A DNA stretch of 64,000 nt from a virus: the IMG/VR virus record IMGVR_UViG_3300045049_000339, positions 32,001 through 96,000 of that record, one strand, 5' to 3'. The notes beneath the pieces were generated by a model that did no database searches, had not been told where the DNA came from, and saw only the letters and a list, made by a program, of their open reading frames with translations. Positions 60,856 through 64,000 of the stretch are shown piece after piece. How positions within the stretch are numbered: the stretch's first letter is position 1; each line of letters begins with the position of its first letter. A program made the translations under genes and the position numbers.

Positions 60856-63282
60856 TTACGCGATGTCGACCTGGGTGTTGCGCTGACGGTTGCGGTTGAA
60901 GTTCCGCGCCCGCGCGTCGGCCTCGTCCGAGACGAAGTCCGCCAGGTTGATCCGGACGTTCTGCGAGACGCGCTGGTCCACGTCGTCATCGTCGAAACGA
61001 CGGCGGCGAGGACGCTCGCACGGGTCGCAGCAGTCTTTCTTGCACGCCTCAAGCACGTCGATCTTCGTCTTGAGCTGCGTCTCGGTCGCCAGCGCCCGGT
61101 TGTAGCGACGCTCGGCGCCCTCCTCGTCAAGGTGACGGATCAGGTCGCGGGTACGAGTCTCGTCGTCACGGGTGCGACGCTCGAAACCGCGCATCTCGTC
61201 GAGGTTGCGGTCCGCCAGCGCACGCATGAGGTCGTGGGTACGGTCCTCACGGTCACGCAGGTAGAGCCGGGTCTCCAGCTCCAGCTTCTCGGCACGCTCA
61301 CGGGTCTTCTCACCCTGGTGGCGGACATCGTCCGCGATGTGGATGAGCTTCTCCGAGGCGCGACGGTCGTGGTCCGCGAGGGACTCCGACAGCTCTTCCA
61401 GGTTGTGCGTGACCTGGCGCTCGATCTGGTGGCCCAGACGACGCTCGGCCGCGTCACGGTCATGCACAGACCGGCGCTCGAACTGGTCGAGGTTGTGCGT
61501 CTGGCGGCGCTCGGAGTCGTCGCCGTTCTTGGTGAGACGACGCTCCGCGCTGTCCAGGTTCTTCGTCTGGCGAAGCTCGGACTGGTAGATGTCCCGCTCG
61601 ATGTTGCGCTGCGCCATGTCGACGACGTCACGCTGGCGGCGCTCGAACTCACGGGTGTAGTTGCCCAGGCGGCGCTCGGCGTCACCGAGCTGCTCCTGCG
61701 TCTCCTCGGTGCCGTGGCGGACGACGCCCTCGATACGGCGCTCCGAGGCGTTGACGTGGTCGGTGACCCGGCGCTCGGAGTTGCCGACAGCCTCACCGAG
61801 GTCGCCGAACGCCTCCGCGTTCTCCTCCGCGTTGTGGGCGAGACGGTTCTCGATCCGGCGCTCGGAGTTGGTCAGGTGGTCCGACAGGCGCTCACGACCG
61901 GCGGCACCCTCACGGCGAGAGGCGTCGATGTCACGCTCGATCCGGCGCTCCGCGTCGGACAGGTGACGGTTGGTGGCGCCGAACGCCTCCGCCATCTCCT
62001 CGTTGGTGTGCGCGAAGCCCTTGGCGGTGTCACGACGGCCGCCGTCGATGTTGCCGTCAAGGTAGCGGGTGTCGGCGGCGAGCTGGCCGTTCAGGCGCCA
62101 CGCGTTATTGTCCTGGCCGGTGTGCAGCCAGCGCGCGTTGTCGTTGACGGAGTCGCCGACCTCGTCGATCTCCCGGTCCAGCCAGCGGGCGTTGCCCTCC
62201 GCCTGGGTGGACAGGTAGCGCGTGTTGGCGTCCTGGCCCGTGTGCAGCCAGCGCCCCGTCGCCTCGACCTGGTCCTCAACGGCGTCCACGTCGCGGCGGA
62301 TCTCACGGGCCTCGCCGCGCGTGGTCTCGCGACCCTCGTGGCCCTCCTCGCGGATGTGCCGGTGCAGGTCGCGCTGACCGCGCTCCAGCCAGCGGGCGTT
62401 GGAGTTGACCTCCGCGTCGGTACGGCGCTGGCCGTCACCGAGCCACCGGGCGCTGCCGTTGACAGCCTCGCCAACCTCGTCCACCTCACGGTCGAGGTGA
62501 CGGCCGACCGCGTTGATCTGGGAGTCGAGGTGACGGACACCGCCGGTGACCTCACCCTCGACGTCGTCGACCTCACGGGACAGCCAGTGGCCGGTCTCAC
62601 GCACGTTGTGGTCGGTGTGACGCTGACCGTCCGACAGGTGGCGGCCGTTGGCGTTGACGGCCTCCTCCACGTCATCCACCTCGCGCGCGACCCACCACGC
62701 GCTCTGGTTGACGTTCGCGTCGGTCGCCTGCTGGCCACGGGACAGGAACATCGCATCCTGGTCCATCTGGCGGCCCAGCGCGAAGCCGGTGTCCGAGACG
62801 TTCTTGTCGATGGCGCGCTGCCCGGCCATCAGACGCTCATCGCCGTTGACAACGATGTTGTCCGTGTGGCGCTGGCCGTTGTGCAGGTACTCGACACCGT
62901 TCGAGATGCGGTTGTCAGTGACGCGCTGGCCCTCGGCGAGCTTGAGGTGCTCACCAGAAAGGGCCATGCCGACGGCGCCCACCTCGGCATCGGTGATGCG
63001 CTGACCGGCGATCACACGCTCGCCCGTGTCACCGACGTGCTTGTTGACAACGTCCTGGCCCATCAGCAGGTGCTGACCGGTCACGCCGATGTTGTGGTTG
63101 ATCCCGGACTGGCCGTTCAGAACAGCGTCGGTACCCGAGGTGACGAGGCCATCGGTGATGCGCTGGCCGTTGATGACGCGCTGGCCGGTCGCGCCGATGT
63201 TGTGGTTGATGTTGCCCTGACCCGCGAGAATCGCCGCGTCAAGATCATTGTCATCGCACGGCCATGGAGCGGGGGTCGACAT
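60856..63282 (-). CDS. long repeat (11/22-aa period) coiled-coil protein; possible longer form from ATG 63615
   Basis: AAGGAG RBS before ATG 63282; very high GC3; repeated NARWL..GQ / SERRI motifs. Confidence 0.8.
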   Translation of the reverse strand: MSTPAPWPCDDNDLDAAILAGQGNINHNIGATGQRVINGQRITDGLVTSGTDAVLNGQSGINHNIGVTGQHLLMGQDVVNKHVGDTGERVIAGQRITDAEVGAVGMALSGEHLKLAEGQRVTDNRISNGVEYLHNGQRHTDNIVVNGDERLMAGQRAIDKNVSDTGFALGRQMDQDAMFLSRGQQATDANVNQSAWWVAREVDDVEEAVNANGRHLSDGQRHTDHNVRETGHWLSREVDDVEGEVTGGVRHLDSQINAVGRHLDREVDEVGEAVNGSARWLGDGQRRTDAEVNSNARWLERGQRDLHRHIREEGHEGRETTRGEAREIRRDVDAVEDQVEATGRWLHTGQDANTRYLSTQAEGNARWLDREIDEVGDSVNDNARWLHTGQDNNAWRLNGQLAADTRYLDGNIDGGRRDTAKGFAHTNEEMAEAFGATNRHLSDAERRIERDIDASRREGAAGRERLSDHLTNSERRIENRLAHNAEENAEAFGDLGEAVGNSERRVTDHVNASERRIEGVVRHGTEETQEQLGDAERRLGNYTREFERRQRDVVDMAQRNIERDIYQSELRQTKNLDSAERRLTKNGDDSERRQTHNLDQFERRSVHDRDAAERRLGHQIERQVTHNLEELSESLADHDRRASEKLIHIADDVRHQGEKTRERAEKLELETRLYLRDREDRTHDLMRALADRNLDEMRGFERRTRDDETRTRDLIRHLDEEGAERRYNRALATETQLKTKIDVLEACKKDCCDPCERPRRRRFDDDDVDQRVSQNVRINLADFVSDEADARARNFNRNRQRNTQVDIA

Positions 63283-63669
63283 AGACTCCTTCTGCGGCGC
63301 ATCCACGCCGCTCTTCGTCGGGGGATGAACAGGAACAGAAGAAGGTACGGTGGCCGGGCCGAAGTTGTCGACCGTCACCGTGTAATTGCCGTCGGCGGTG
63401 AACGTACCGCTGAACTCAGAGGAAGGATCGGAAGTGTCAGAGCCGTCCGCGCCCGACGCGTTGTTCGCCGATGCGACAGCACCCTTCACAGCCTCGTTCG
63501 CGGCGTGCGCGACAACGGGCTTGGGAAAGTCTTCCGGGAAAGCCTCTTCTGGCGAGAGAAACTCGATACAGCCGTCCTGACCGGTCGGATGCCGAAGTGG
63601 TTCGAACACGATCATAACCGATCGCGGGCGAACCGTACACGAACAACCGGTCAAAGACGGGTAATGAAT

Positions 63670-63957
63670 TCAAGTCGCGGGCGTGTCGTCCTCGCCGTCA
63701 TCCCACACGTCCGAGGGGAACACAACGTTCTCCTCCCATTCACCGTTGGAGAAGAACTCCACGGCAAGAACCGTCTGACCGTCGTGGTGCCATTCGATGC
63801 GCTTGACCCGAGGGCACGGCTGCATCTGCGCCGGAAGATTCGTCACGCGCGTGTGAATGCCGCCGCAGTACCAGCACGCGGTGACACCCTCCATGCGCCC
63901 CTCGAAGATGAGCCGGGCTTCGGCTCTCTCCGCCGGGGACAGATCCTCCGGGCTCAT
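63670..63957 (-). CDS. small Cys/His protein
   Basis: CWYCGGIH...CPR; ATGA coupling with an upstream gene truncated at the window edge. Confidence 0.7.
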   Translation of the reverse strand: MSPEDLSPAERAEARLIFEGRMEGVTACWYCGGIHTRVTNLPAQMQPCPRVKRIEWHHDGQTVLAVEFFSNGEWEENVVFPSDVWDDGEDDTPAT

Positions 63958-64000
63958 CGCTGCGCCGCCTTGTCCTTGGTGAGCTGACGCAGACGATGGT

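Noticed and set aside
60838-63987. 1049-aa + strand ORF (and other long antisense ORFs such as 38631-41219, 52645-55215, 27282-29138, 50167-52035)
   Set aside because: These are shadow ORFs produced by high GC3 on the true coding strand; they have no RBS or motifs and fully overlap well-supported genes.
1-64000. Integrase, repressor or attachment site indicating a prophage; terminase
   Set aside because: None is recognisable in the window and no host genes are seen. The terminase probably lies beyond the right edge, so lifestyle cannot be determined.

Overview
This is a 64-kb internal segment of a high-GC (roughly 65%), long-tailed dsDNA phage, most likely infecting Streptomyces or a related actinomycete. 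Two arms converge on a bidirectional terminator at 29141-29176. The + arm (1-29126) carries small accessory genes (SLOG, vWA, RlaP/YcgL-type nucleotidyltransferase) and a replication/recombination block (primase-polymerase/D5 helicase, family A DNA polymerase, RuvC-like resolvase, SNF2 helicase, Cas4-like exonuclease, Sak4-like ATPase, DUF669 SSB, two HNH-NUMOD3 endonucleases). It then has an RNA-rich region (17.5-27.4 kb) with 9 tRNA genes, several unexplained structured RNAs and a Ro60/TROVE gene. The - arm (29186-64000) is the virion and lysis module: long repeat protein, beta-helix protein, portal fusion, protease/scaffold, major capsid, head-tail, tail tube, tail chaperone, tape measure, tail tip/fibres, holin-like genes and a DUF1906 endolysin. 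Two observations stand out. (1) An uncharacterised 250-aa protein with its own promoter is followed by an ncRNA candidate combining phased hexamer repeats with a circularly permuted tRNA-mimic domain, possibly a second, non-Ro protein/tRNA-mimic RNP system. (2) A promoter-driven tandem array of five Y-RNA-like units lies before Ro60; four carry permuted tRNA bodies of different isotypes that still keep anticodon hairpins. All calls come from manual reading of the sequence; no database searches were run.
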